DNA from: Octopus bimaculoides
Taxonomy: Eukaryota
Assembly: GCF_001194135.2 (NCBI RefSeq)
Contig: NC_068987.1
Coordinates: 48,830,932-48,894,688 of the forward strand
Direction of reading: 5' to 3'
Length of the DNA: 63,757 nucleotides
Shown here: piece after piece, positions 44,186 to 58,675 of the stretch
Layout of the letters: every line of letters begins with the position of its first letter
Position numbering within the stretch: position 1 is the first letter of the stretch
Made by a program: the position numbers and the translations under genes
The notes under the pieces: generated by a model
Seen by the model: only the letters and a program-made list of their open reading frames with translations
The model's database searches: none
What the model was told of the DNA's origin: nothing

Positions 44186-46708
44186 GATATCAGACTTGCT
44201 CACCCTCCAACAAATCTGGGTGTTTCCTATTTTAGCTAACATAAATTAAACACTTGTATTTCTAATGGCGAGAAGAATAAGTGAGTGTTACTCAGGTGGG
44301 GTAAATAGCACAAAATAGTTTCATTTGATGTACCAATTTACCAGTAATTTTTCACCAATGTGTATTATAACTTTTATTGATATACACACACTAGATGTTT
44401 TGGCAACTGACTGTCTGGCACTTCCTTAGATGCAGATAAATTATCAGAGGGGATCTTGAAGTTCCCATAGCTGTCACTCTAATTAATTGTGCGACTACAA
44501 GTGGTATTATGCATACTGTGTATTTACATGCATTATGTACACTGCACTTGTTAGTGACAATAACAGAATTGAGAAATCCTCTGTTTATTGAGCATAAAAT
44601 TATTCTTAGCTATGGCTTTTATAGGTAGGAAAACTGAGAGTGTCAGTGCAAGTATTAAATGTAAACACAAATCTACATGGATCCTAAGTATATTAGAACT
44701 GTTGAAAAAAGAGAGAAAAAAAAAAGACCATCAATTTGGCATGTAAAACTGTGTGATGTTAAACCAATACCATCATATAAGATGGATGTCAAAAATCATG
44801 ATATATATATATATAATCATCATCAATAATTAATAGTGTATAATCAGTAGGTTAGAAGTATGTTGAATCATTATGTTACCACAGATGGTTCAGCAAAACA
44901 GTTAATTCACCAAGGCTTTGGAACCAAGGATACCAGGTAAATAACTTTTGCAATGGAATATATGTGGCTAGTGCTGGTGACATGTGGAAGGCACCCGTGC
45001 CAGTGACACATATAAAGGGCACCCGTGCCAGTGACACGTATAAAAGGCATCTGTGCCAGTGACAAGTACTAATGACATGTAAAAGACACCCAGTACACTC
45101 AGTGGAGTGGTTGGTATTAGGAAAGGCATCCAGCCATAGAAATCAAACCAAAACAGATTGGAATTTGGTGTGGCTCTCCAGCTCACCAGTCCTAGTCAAA
45201 CATTTTAACCCATGTTAAATGATGATGATGATCATCATTGTCATGTATGTGAAGGCATACTTGAGTACAGTATTTCACACTCTTTCTCCCCCCAACTGTT
45301 CTGAGGAGTTTAGGTCTGGCATATAAAATGACCAGCAAAAGCATAGTACAATCTACCATGTCATGTTCACTTACAAGTGAACAGCTAAGCATATATCTAT
45401 CATGCTGACTGAAGGTGCGTGACATGGTGGTTCGGGTATTTAGCTCACAAATGTAAGGTTGTGAGTTCAATTCCAAACAGCACTGTGTCCTTTGAGCAAG
45501 AGACTTTATTTCATGTTGCTCCACTCCTCTTAGCTGGTAAAAATGAATTGCATCTGTAATGCAAAGGGCTAGCCTTGTCACATTCAATGTCATGCAGAAT
45601 CTCCCTGAAAGCTATGTAAAGAGTACACATGTCCATGGAGTTCTCAGTCACTTGCATGTTAATTTCATGAGCAGGCTGTTTGGCTGACTGGATCAATTGA
45701 AACCTTGTCACCATAACCAATGGAGTGCTAGTATGACTGTACTAATAGTTCTAGACTATTGGTAATTTGTAGTTTGAAAAAGGGGAAAATCTAGACTGTA
45801 TGATGCAAGCTTGACAATATAAACAACTATGTAGTCACAGTAAAAGATTACAAGAGTTAGTAAAATGAGTAATGTAATATGTTGTCTGTGTTATTGAAAG
45901 AGATTAATGTCTTAGATTCTCCATTGCTAAAGTTATTTATCTGATAATTCTAAGTTATTTTAAAAATTTCATTCATCATCATAATTATCATCATTTAATG
46001 TGTCAATATGATTTCTAAGGCTGAATGCTTTTCCTAAACACCAATCACTTTACAGAGAGTACTGGGTGCTTTTTTTTTCGTGACACTGGCACAATATATG
46101 CAAAACAGGGTGTAAGAGAAAAACCTTGCAGAGTTTTTTTTTAATTTTAGGCAGGTGGTAATGGTGACTTCATCTAGCTAATGTTTTACCATGTTTTTTC
46201 AGTTACCATCATGGTTTAGATTGGTACACACCATGCATTTGCTGTTAAGATGTTTACCAAAAAAGGGTAAATGAGAGGGAGTGCTTTTTGCTGTACCCTG
46301 TGTATACATAATATATATATGTGTAGTGTGTGATTATCTGAATTAGAAATTTAAATCTAAATGAGTTTTGGAATTATTAGTTTGGTAAATGTGGTATTGA
46401 AGTATATGTAATAAACCTGACAGAAGGATAGCATTGCAACTATGATACTGTATAAGTGAGATTAGGGCTCAAAGTAAACCAATGAAATATTTAGGAACCA
46501 ACCCATTATTTCAGCACTCAAGATATCCAGATTTAATATCCCTAGTGTGAGATGTGTTGTATTCACCTGTGACTATTTCTACATCTTTAGTTGTAATGTC
46601 AAAAGATATAATATCAAAAGATATAAAATGTGAAGTCTAAATTGTGAAGATTTTAATAGGCATGTTGAATAGAATATAGCCACAATATTGAGCAAAGGTA
46701 GATATAGG

Positions 46709-46837
46709 CAGTACACTCAGTGGAGTGGTTGGTATTAGGAAAGGCATCCAGCCATAGAAATCAAACCAAAACAGATTGGAATTTGGTGTGGCTCTCCAGC
46801 TCACCAGTCCTAGTCAAACATTTTAACCCATGTTAAA
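46709..46837 (+). repeat. Exact 129-bp copy of 45091-45219
   Basis: No mismatch found by manual comparison. Confidence 0.9.
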
Positions 46838-49800
46838 GAGATAGGTAGATTTTAACCCATGTTAGAGAGATAGGTAGATAGATTGATAGATAGGTGAGCT
46901 TTCTTGTTGGCTTCATGTTCCTGTGGTCTCCATCTGAATGACATTAGGGAAATCTGTTGAGAAGATATTTGGTTGCTGTGTTGAGCAAGTCAAGAAACTA
47001 TGTAGCAAATTCCTTCTTGGCTCTCATTTTAATGAAAGTAGAAGACTATCATCAACTGTAGTCATTGTATTATGAAAGTTAACATTGTTAAACATTAGCT
47101 CCCATTATGTATACTGTAACCATGTTGGTGTACTGGTGGAATTGTTAGCTGTAGCAGAACCCACCAATTTAAGCTACGCAAGCTAAAAATGATAGCAATG
47201 ATATTTGATGCGGTAGATTATCAAGACTGTATTACAGAAAATACCTTTTCTCTTTGGAGTTTAATAAACTACCTCTTCACACAACAACTATTAACCTTTG
47301 TTAGAGTGCAAATATGACCTGCTCTACAAATTCTTCACATATCTGATATGGTGCACCCACACATGCACATTCTGTACACAACATCTCTCTCTAAAATGTC
47401 TGCTTGGGGTGAGGGTAGCTATACTAATACACTTTAATTATTGACCCCTGCCGTCTCTTCTGATATAATAATCTTATCTCTCTGAATATGCTATGCTACT
47501 TCTTACCAAAATTCTCTTGAAGCATTCACCTCTCTTTTCCCTATCACTACTACTATAATAAGACCTACCAACATCCCCTCCCATCCTTTTCTGGCACACC
47601 CCCTCTTTCCTTATATTCTCCTCATAGCTAATCAAGAATGGCCAGTAACAGATGTACCATAAAAAAAAATTCTCAGAGAAAGATAGACAATAATAACCCT
47701 TTTAAAACCAATCTGCCTTAGATCACCACTGGTTCTATGATACAAACTTCCTGTTTTAAAGTAATCAAAATTAAAACACTTTCCATCAAAATTTGATGTT
47801 AATTTATATTCTAAATATCAGTTCCATAGTGACAAAATTTTCATCATCATCATTTAATGTCAATTTCGTGCTGGCTTGGGTTGGGTTCCAATATCTCTTT
47901 TTGACATGGTTACTTTTGCTAATGCCAACCACATTACAGAGTGTACTGGGTACCTTTTTGTTTGCACCACCAATAATGATATCATGTAGCTTGCAAAACT
48001 AAGACTCCCATCTGGTGAGTGGGATGACAGTAGAATGAAAGATGGTTTTGTACCAGGTGCTGAGAAGCTAAAGTAAGATAGATGGATAGGTACAGGTATC
48101 TTGCTGTAGAGATACATGGCCACCCGAACTTGAAATGGAGAAAGGCTGGTGGAAATGAGGTATCAGGGTGTACCCTCAATGTATAAGAATGCGGATAGGG
48201 AGAAAATAAAAGCAAAGAATTCAGGTTGCATAGGTAGGCAGATTCAGAAGAACATGAAAGGATGACAATAGAAGCCAGAAAAAATGGTGCAACATCTAGA
48301 CAACAAACTTGTGGTCTTGTCCTCCATCATTTAATGTGGATTTGCCACACTGGTATGTGTTGTTCGGTTCAATAAAATCCAATGAACCAAAGGACTGCAT
48401 CGAACTCCAGTGTCTACTTTAGCATGATTTCTACAGCTGGATGTCCTTTCTAATGCCAACCACTTTACAGAATATACTGAATGCTTTTTCATGACACTAT
48501 CACTAATAAGGTTACCAAGTAACTTGGAAGACAAAGAAAAAGACCCCTCAAGTGAGTGAGGTTCTATTAGAGAGAGGTGGCTTCATGCCAGTGTTGAGAG
48601 GTTAAAATATTATAGAGGAACAGGCTGGGAGGAAGACAAAGATGTGAGAAGGTGTCAGAGTATACACTCAGTATATAGAAAGGTGAATAAGTTCATAAGA
48701 GTGTGAAAGGAGAGTGGTAGACGGTTAGAGAGGGGGTAGAGGTGTCCCATATAAAAAATACTTTTTAAATGTTGCTAATAACAAAGAAAATGTATTTTTC
48801 CCATTATTCCATTCTAATATCCATGAGATAATTCACATATACAGCTGGATCCCCTTTCTATAGTTCAATCCATGATGAAATGACAGTAGTAGTAGCTGTT
48901 TAACCCCAAATCTGCTGACTGAGAAGATCTATGATTAAAAGCATTCCAACAATGACCAATCCATTGTTTCTAAGATATCACATATCAAATACATTGCTGA
49001 GTGTTGTCCAAGACTTCATAATTTTTTAAAATGGCAGGATGTATGGCTTAAGGGGAATTTGGCAGCTGCTATTTCTAGCAGGTAAAGCAACCATGTAGTA
49101 ATGGTGGTGCTAGTATAGTAGTAGTATTTGCCAGTCAGGGAGGTTGAGAGAAGAAATGTTATGTGTATTGCCTAGAAGCACAGCTCCACCACAGTATAGT
49201 AGTAGTTGTAAAGTTTGAACTCATGACCAACATTTTCATCATCTTAACACCAAACTGAGCCATGGTGCTCACGTAATTCTTGAGATAATTAACTAACACC
49301 TACAAAAATGGAGGACTGAAGAATGAGAAGGAAACCAAAAGACAATATTTCTTCAAAAGAATATAATATAAAAGCTTATAACATAACAGTACTGAGCCAA
49401 TAAATTAACTGTGTTCTTTTGTAACGAATTTCTGAAGGAGAATCCTATCAGGAGTGCTATCATATAAATAACCTTTTCCTCAATCACAATGCAATAGTAA
49501 TAAATAAGTAAAGCTTATACCACTTATCTTAGCTGATAGCAATTTGATATGGTTTAACAAAGGACAGAGCATTCTATAAATAAAAGATGAACTTAAGCAG
49601 TTGAGGTTTTGTGGATACATCAGAGGGCATAAGAGGTTGGTTGTGTTGTTATAAAACATGTGAAAGGGCATATGTATGAATGTAATAAGTATGTAACAAG
49701 GAGAAAATGATTCTTGTAAAGGACAAGGGGCTAAGAAAGTGCTTAAAAACATAAGCTCTCATTGAAAATGCTACAAGAGGAAGACAGAATTTGAAAAGAA

Positions 49801-49965
49801 AAAAAAAATGTATTCGGTATTTTGGTTTTAAACAAATCATAATTGAGTAATTTTAAGTGGAGTTTTAAGTGTAAATGACACCTAATGGGCTAACCCTTTA
49901 GTATTCACATTATTCAGTCAAATGTAATGCTTATCATCCACTTTGTTTTAAATTAATCAAGTATT

Positions 49966-50177
49966 ATTCTTTTACTTGTTTCAGTCATTTGACTGTGGCC
50001 ATGCTGGAGCACCGCCTTTAGTTGAGCAAATCGACCCCAGGACATATTCTTTGGAAGCCTAGTACTTATTCTATCGGACTCTTTTGCCGAACCGCTAAGT
50101 TACAGGGACGTAAACACACCAGCATCGGTTGTCAAGCGATGTTGGAGGGACAAACACAGACACACAAACATATACAC

Positions 50178-50216
<39 letters not shown>

Positions 50217-50380
50217 CGACGGGCTTCTTTCAGTTTCTGTCTTCCAAATCCACTCACAAGGCCTTGGTCGGCCCGAGGCTATAGTAGACGACACTTGCCC
50301 AAGGTGCTACGCAGTGGAACTGAACCCGGAACCATGTGGTTGGTAAGCAAGCTACTTACCACACAGCCACTCCTACGCCT
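49966..50380 (-). mobile_element. Full-length young S1 SINE inserted into an M2 MITE (49890-50538)
   Basis: CpG-rich intact copy. MITE halves on either side are collinear with 41010-41235. Confidence 0.85.
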
Positions 50381-51210
50381 TGTAGTTATCTTGTAGTTTT
50401 GAAATTTCAATTGTGTGATTGCATATATTTGGAATGACATTATAGGGTAGGTGTGAGAGACAGGATCTGGCTGGTTTGAACATATAACTGGTAGAATATT
50501 CAGGCTGGATATAGCTGGTTTAAATGCTAAAAGGTTAAGGCAAAAAAAAAAACAAAAAAACAAACAAACATTAAGTCTGTCTCCCCTTTTGCAATTATGA
50601 ATATTGTTGTGATGTTCAAGAATCTGAAGTATTTTAGAAATATATAGGAAATTATGGAGTTTATAACTGAGAGTGGAAACTAATTGTTCAGGATTTGGTT
50701 TATAAAAAAACTTGTTACTCTATCAGAACCATGTTAATTTACTGTTCTCAAAGTAAAGTCCTGTTATACTTATCCTTCTTTTTTTTAAAAATGTTTTATT
50801 AGTTTTTGCCTGTTTCTTGTACTATTTATACTAAACACACATGCTGAACACTCGGTTTCCATGGTAACTATAAAATAATTATACATAAAAACTGCAAAAA
50901 AAAAATAAAAGAAAAGAAAATTTGTTTCTCATTGAATTTTTATAGACATGGTGAGGCAAGAAAGGAAATTCAATACAATTACAACAGCTGAACTCACAGA
51001 GACAAGGCAAAAGCATAGCTTAATGACCTCCATCTGAAAATTGAAACCTATCACATTCTTCCTAGCACACTATGTGCATGTATATTAGTAAACATACATA
51101 TTCATTACATAGTTAAAATATAACATTAACCTACACAAATATATACCAATAACTTGTAACTATTTCAGTCCTTCTAAAGAAAGAAATCACTGGATATACT
51201 TTATTAATAA

Positions 51211-52460
51211 CACTGGTCTACAAGGATTTTGGTGTTTAGGAAATAGACATCATTCCCATACAAAATCGGTCTCCTGAATCCAAATATAACCTTTTTGACC
51301 GATCAGATTTAGTTTTCAAGTTATTGAATATCCCTGTAGTCACTATGTATGTGTGTATGTCCACTATACAGTGTTCATTACCTTGTTTTAATTCTAAGCT
51401 TTTTTTCTTTTTCTATACATTTTAGATGTTGTGGTGAACTAAGCAATAGAAAATGAGCAAGATGTCCTCTTCAAATGTGTTGTTTGTGGAGAATACACTG
51501 ATTTTGTTGAAAGAGCATATGTGGTATATTTTGGGGTCAAGCTGAGAGACCAAAATAAATATTGGGCACTGCATAGGGTCTGCAAACAATGTACAGAACA
51601 TTTGCGACAATGGACTACAGGGACAAGGAAAAGTATGAGGTTTGCTATACCAATGGTATGGCGGGAGCCCTATAACCACATGGACGACTGCTATCTCTGT
51701 AACCTAAATTTGAAGGGTATTAACCGGAAAAAAAATCGACAAACACTTGTCTATCCTAATCTTGCCTCTGTTATTAGACCAGTTCCACAAAGTGAAGAGC
51801 TTCCTGTTCCTGTCTTCAATGTCTTGCCTCAGATAACTTTATCCTCATCCAAAGAAGATTTATCACCCGAAGAAGACACTAGAGATCAAAACTTTTCAGT
51901 TGAGACTTTACCTCAGCTATTCTCCCTGGTAGAGTTGAATGATCTAGTTCATGACTTGAACCTCCCAAAATATTCCTGCAGAACTGTTGGTTTTTCGACT
52001 GAAAGAGAAGAATCTTCTGGAGAATGGTGTCTGTATAACATTTTATCAGAGTTGGCATGAAGAGTCATCTTTTTAGTCATCTTGATTGTTTTCCTGAATA
52101 TCTTGGGAATGTTAGCAATGAACAAAGTGAACAATTCCATCAGGACATCAAGGAGATGGAAACTTGGTACCAAAGACATTGGGATGCTGTGATGATGGCA
52201 AACTATTGCTGATGTTTAAAATGAGATACTCCTGTTGCTCAACATTCACAGTGCACAAAGTGCAAATTTATTCCTTGAATTTTCTGCCAAAAATCTTAAC
52301 CAATGTGCATTTTCAATTTTGAATTTTTATTTGTACTTCATTTGGTTTTGTGTTATGCTCTCTTTATTGATTCATACTATATGCCTTTTGTATGAATAAA
52401 ATAGTTACTCTATCAGGTCTAGTCAGAAAACTAGACCTGATAGAGAAAAACTGAAGTTTA
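51211..52460 (+). mobile_element. Internally deleted DNA transposon, CMC/Chapaev3-like
   Basis: 5' end CACTGGTC. N-terminal YFGVKLRDQ...VC..C...PMVWREP.NH.DDCYLC (ORF 51521-52060) is followed directly by C-terminal SHLDCFPEYLGNVSNEQSEQFHQDIKEME (about 52063-52235). Subterminal inverted motifs. Family name is from recollection of these motifs. Confidence 0.65.
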
Positions 52461-55400
52461 TCAAATCACCAAACTGTTCTTCACAAGACTCTTTGTTTTA
52501 CAACCAAATGCTGCTTTATGCAACCTATGTGGAGCAGTAGAGGGGTGTGTGTTTGTGATTTTTCTTTCAGTTTATGTAAGTTTTTCTTGGGAGAGTTCAA
52601 GCTGGTCAATAACAAAGCAACAAGACTTTTTGAATTAAGAGAGTTCCCAGCATTTGTAAATATGTGGTTGAGTTGGTGTATTGGTTGAACTATCGATGCA
52701 TAAATCCAAGTGTGTGCATCTATTGTATGTCTGTCTGTTTCCAATTGGTTTAATGAGCCAACCCAGTCTTGACTCCATAGTTTGTAACCAAGTCCCATAC
52801 TTTTTTGAGATACAAAGGGTAGCAAAGCCTGTACTTGTGGTATGTAGCTTCAGAAATGGTAGTATCATTGTACTGTTGCTAATTTCTATGAAGAACTTGT
52901 GAATGTTGTACAATCTTATTTGCCATTCAATATAATGATTTTGAGATATTATGGCTATCAATACTATGGGTGGTTAATTTTCTGAATCATAATTTTTTCG
53001 GCAATTTTACTATCCATTTGAACATTGAAAATCAAAGAGGCTATTGTTCAGAAAGAATTTGAAAATTATAATTAAGAAAATAACAGAAAGTAGGATAACA
53101 GAAAAAATTCTGACAGTATTGATTTTTTATATGGAAGTCTCATATTTCATCCATATTCACCAGTCCTTGCTTCCAAATTCTGTCCTCATTTCTACTGTCT
53201 GTCATTCTCACAAACCTACAAACACATCCAGCCATCCCTTGCCCTTATTCTCTCTTTATTCGCCTTCTTGTACCTTGAGGGTATGCCCTGATAACTCATT
53301 TCTACCATCCTCTTCCCCCTTTCCTACTGAGATAGACATGTATCTCCTCTAGATTAAGACTGTCCCTTTAGTTATGAGGTTTTCTCTCAACATTTAGCAC
53401 AAAGCCATCTCCTTCAAAACTGCATCCCCAACTCTGTCAAAGGAGTCTTGTCTTGTGAGTTATTTGGTGACCTCACTAATACTGGTGCTATGAAAAAGAA
53501 GCATCCAGTGCACCGATAAGTGTTTGGTATTAGGAAGGGCATCCAGCCATTAAAAATCTTACCAAAACAGACACTAAAGAGCAAGACAGTTCTCAGGTTA
53601 GTTGGATGTCAAACCATCCAACCCATGCCAGCATAGAATATGGACATTAAATGATAAGAAAAACTAACTTCTATGCACATACTAACACCCTTTAATATTT
53701 TGGACTAAGTTATTTATTTAAGAAGAAAGTAGTAATAATGATAGAAAAAGAAAATGACCAAGGTTAGTTAGTCTATGTAAATCTAGACATTTAGTTAATC
53801 AACAGAATCATCGACAAAATGTCTGCTTTCTTACAGATATCTAATAACTTGATATAATCTTTGTTGAAATCAGTGAAGTTTTTTTATATTTTTTTTCTCT
53901 TTTCTAAAACTAGCTTTTAGAACAAATAAACTGTAAAGACCAGCAGATGAAAATAATAAGGTCATTATTTAGAATCTGAATACATTTCTAATGGTACTAT
54001 ATTTAGAAGTATAACCAGACTTGAGACAAAAGATCTTTATTCTGAGCTACCAAAGAAAAAAAGAATGGAAAAGTATGTGCACAACATAGGTTTCCAAATT
54101 GATGTAGGGTTATTTAGGGAATGATACAGGACAAGGGATTTAGTTTATCACTTCACTGGCTCTCACTGTTATATGTAATAAGAATAAGACAATCTGTTAG
54201 TTAATTCAGCTAACAACTCACTAAGAGAAAAACAATTCTTAGCCTGCAAAGCCTAACTGCAGCTAAAAGAAAATTCTAGAGAGAATTAAAATATCTAATA
54301 GCAAACAAAACCCAAATGTCATTTTGCAATGACATTGTGCTAATAATAAATAAGCGAATCAGAAAATTTTTGAATACAAAAGAACTTAAAAGAAATTAAT
54401 TTACTCCAGATTTGGAAGTTGAAAACTGTGTTTAAATTTTTCTAACTAAAAATATTTTGCAGAAAGCCAATGATATATTTATGGAAGGATTAGTTAATTG
54501 GGTTCAGTCCTAGTGCATGACACTTAAGGCAAATGTTTTCTACTATAACTACCAGCTGACCAAAGCCTTTTGAATGGATTTGGAAGATGGAAACTGAAAG
54601 AAGCCCTTTGTATATGTATATCTTTGTGTATAACCTTATTTTGATATCATGTGATGGTTGTAAATGAGCATCACCATCATACAAGCGATGTTGTTTCTAG
54701 TCTTCCATGAAAACGTGTCTAACTGTGCTTTGAAACAAGTGAGGCTTAGCAACAAGAAGAGCATTCAGCCATAGAAAATCTGCCTCAACAAATTCTGTCT
54801 GATCCATGCAAGCTTGGAAAAATGGAGGTTAAAACTATGATGAGTATGACAATGATGAAATTAAACTTGACCAAATAATAGCTTTTGATTTAGGAAAAAG
54901 AAGAACAATTTTTAGACAGAGTTAGTCTATACAATCAACCTCAGTACTTAATTTGTACTTTATTGATCCCGGAGAAATGAAAGACAAAGTTGACTTTGAT
55001 GGGATTTGAATTCAGAAGGTAAAGACCAAGAATAATACTGGTTTCAAATTTTGGCAGAAGATCAACAGAAGACAAAGAATAAATATTGCAAGGTATTTTG
55101 TTTGATGCTCTAATGATACTGCTAATTCATTGCCCATAGACATGATTAAAGAATACGAATCTCTGAAAATATTGGTCTCTTATACTAAGACTCTACCTTA
55201 AAATAATAAAGACTAGAAAATGAGTTCATGTGACACAGGAGTTTCTTGACAGGTAAAGTAAACAGGACTTAGGGTTGTGTACATTTTATTGACATATAAA
55301 GTGCTGGGATTGCGGTGAGGCTGAGAAGTTCATTTGGGTTAAGGTTCAATACCAATGTATGATACCTCAGGCAAGTGTCCTCTAATATAGGCCAAGGATG

Positions 55401-58139
55401 ACCAATGCCTTGTGAAGGAATTTTACAGATAGGTACTGAAAGAAGCTCATTGTATATGTGTGTTAGTGATAGAAAATAAGGATTGAAGAAATCCATGCCA
55501 ATACCTTAGTCAGCACTCCATGCGAGGAGAACAGTTGAGGGTTAACTGTTCCATTAATTGATTAATTATGTATACAAATTATTGTAAAGTGAGGAAACAG
55601 TTCCTCTAGATATTTGAAACAATCATAACACTGAAGAGAATTATATACAAACGATCTTAATTTTTCGTCTATTTACTGTATGTATGTACGTACGTACGTA
55701 CGTACGTATGTATGTACATATATACATATATTTATGCACACAAGCATGCATATGAATGTACATATGTATGCATGTATGCAGGCGTGTATAAATATATGTG
55801 TATATGTGTCTGAGCTATGGCCACATACAGTGATGTTATCATTTGCAACAAGCTGCAAATAGTGACATTTGTTAAAATTTCCAGACAACAAATTATCAGC
55901 TAGCTTACTTGAAAAACAGGTAAGGGTTGGTGACAAGAAGTGCATCTGGCCATAGAATCCCTTACATCCTATCAAAGCCTTGCTAGCATAGAAAAAAACA
56001 GATGTTAAATAAAACAAACACCACCAGGAGGCTGCATAAGACCAAAACATATTGATAGCTGTCACCATATTTGACAAAGATCAGACTTACAATTCAGTGC
56101 ATTCCCCATCACAATCTATTTTTAATCAATTAGTGTCTTGGTATCATTTTCCTGCTTTTCTTTGACCAGAATCATATCATCAAAGCTAATGACTTTTTGT
56201 CTTAACTATGGGTGTAATTGTAATTCATTAAATATATTTTTGGGACTCGTTACGTTAACAATGTTACCCCTCCTACCACTTAAGTCTTTATCAGTTAGTT
56301 CAAGAAAGAGGAAAAGAAGGATCAGTTAGGTCCAAAACGTTCAACCTTTGAATGAAAGAAAACTACAGAGAAGTAGGAGGAGTCTCACAGGTGGGTGATG
56401 TAGATATCAGAATGAGGTTTGGGATAGGAGACATAATAATAGTAATAAACAGAAGGGAGGTGTGTTTAAAAGGTGTCTGGTAGAGAGTTCCAAAATTCAG
56501 AGGAGTATAGACTATCATAGAAATTAATAGCATAAGAGATAAAGTACACATATGGTAAAACATGACACCAGATCAGGTGAAACTTGTCTGAATGTACCAA
56601 TTATCATCAATTTTCTATGCTTGCCTGAGTTAGAAGGAATTTGTTGAGGCAGATTTTCTATGGTTAGATATACTTCCTGCTGCCAATTTTCTCTTGTTTA
56701 CCAAGCAAGGTAATATTTCCTCAAGGCCAGAGATGCTTTCATGGAAGACCGAAAACAAACAACACTACTTGTATGGCGGTGATACCTTAGTCAGCACTCC
56801 AAGATATCAAGGCAAGGGCACCCACACATACGTACACATGTGCACACACACACACACACAATAGGCATTTCAGTTTGTCTCCAACTCTATACACAAGGCT
56901 TTCATAGAAGCCACTTACTCAAGATGCTATGCACTGGGACTGAACCAACATAGCTGGAAAGCAAACCACGCAACTACACGTAATAAACCAATGGTAATTG
57001 GACAGAAACCATTATATTGTTGTTTAGCCCCAGGTTAGCCCAAATCAATCATATCATGAATTAAAAGCATTCCAGATATAACTATTCCATTTTTACTAAA
57101 GGCAGTGTATCTTAGATTGTATTATTTCATGTGTCCTTACTTTATACAAGATGGAAGAATGTTATTTGAGGAAGATGCGGCTACTATTTCTGTCAGGTCA
57201 AATGATCACATAGAGACTTTCTTCTTGGCTTATGCAATTATTTCTTGCAAATAAAAGTTAAAAATAGATAAAATTTACTACTTAGTCAGGAGGGAAGGCA
57301 CCAAGGAACCAGGTGGTGATGTTAAAATGGCAAATTTAGTCTATGACCCAAGTAGACCTTATCAGGATTTGAACTCAAAATGCAAAGAGCCAGAGCAAAT
57401 ACTACAATGCATCCAGATTAATGTTCTTATCGTTCTGCCAATCAAAACTTAGAGTTCTGTCACAAATTGGTATTTTTTTTTATCAACCACACCCAGAAAA
57501 AGAAATAAAATATTGGTCTTGGCAGGATTTGAAAAAATATTGTGTAGCTTCCTATTCAATGCTCTAACAATTTTTTCCAATTCAATGATTCTACTTCATT
57601 CTTTGTAAGTAATAAATGATATCATTTAATAGGTTAATTAACACTTCTGATTTCAAATGTAGGAGTAATTCTTGAGTTAATTTCTGTGATACCAATCTGC
57701 CTCAGACAATCTCTGGTTCTATGAAACAAACTTCCTGTTTTAAAGAGATTTAAATCAAAACCTTCTATCAAAATTTCATGTTAATTTATTTTCCAAATAC
57801 TAGCTCAATAATGACAAAGCTACTTTATTAAATTTTTCGTTATATTCAAAATCAATTGAAACAAAGGCAGTGCATTTAATTAGAAATATGATTATAAAAA
57901 GGTTAATGTAAAAAAAAATAGATACAAGTGCTAACTGTAGTAAGGTTGCGATTTCAGTTCAGGGAAAGTTTTCCTCTATTCAACACATTTATACAGAAGA
58001 AAAGAAAGAAAGAAAAAAGGTGCATTACTGAGGATATATTGTGGTATCAGTGAGCAGAAACTTGACTTGAGATGTACCAATGTCCAATATAATTTCATTA
58101 CCAAAGTTCTTTCATGAATATTTAAACATATTTAAATAT

Positions 58140-58675
<536 letters not shown>

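Noticed and set aside
44985-45090. About 29-bp repeats (GGCACCCGTGCCAGTGACAC) with short variable gaps, CRISPR-like at a glance
   Set aside because: Internal tandem units of a eukaryotic dispersed repeat; no unique 30-40 bp spacers and no cas genes.
56363-56563. FWNSLPD peptide in an alternative minus frame
   Set aside because: Resembles a LINE C-terminal motif but is too short and degraded to call.
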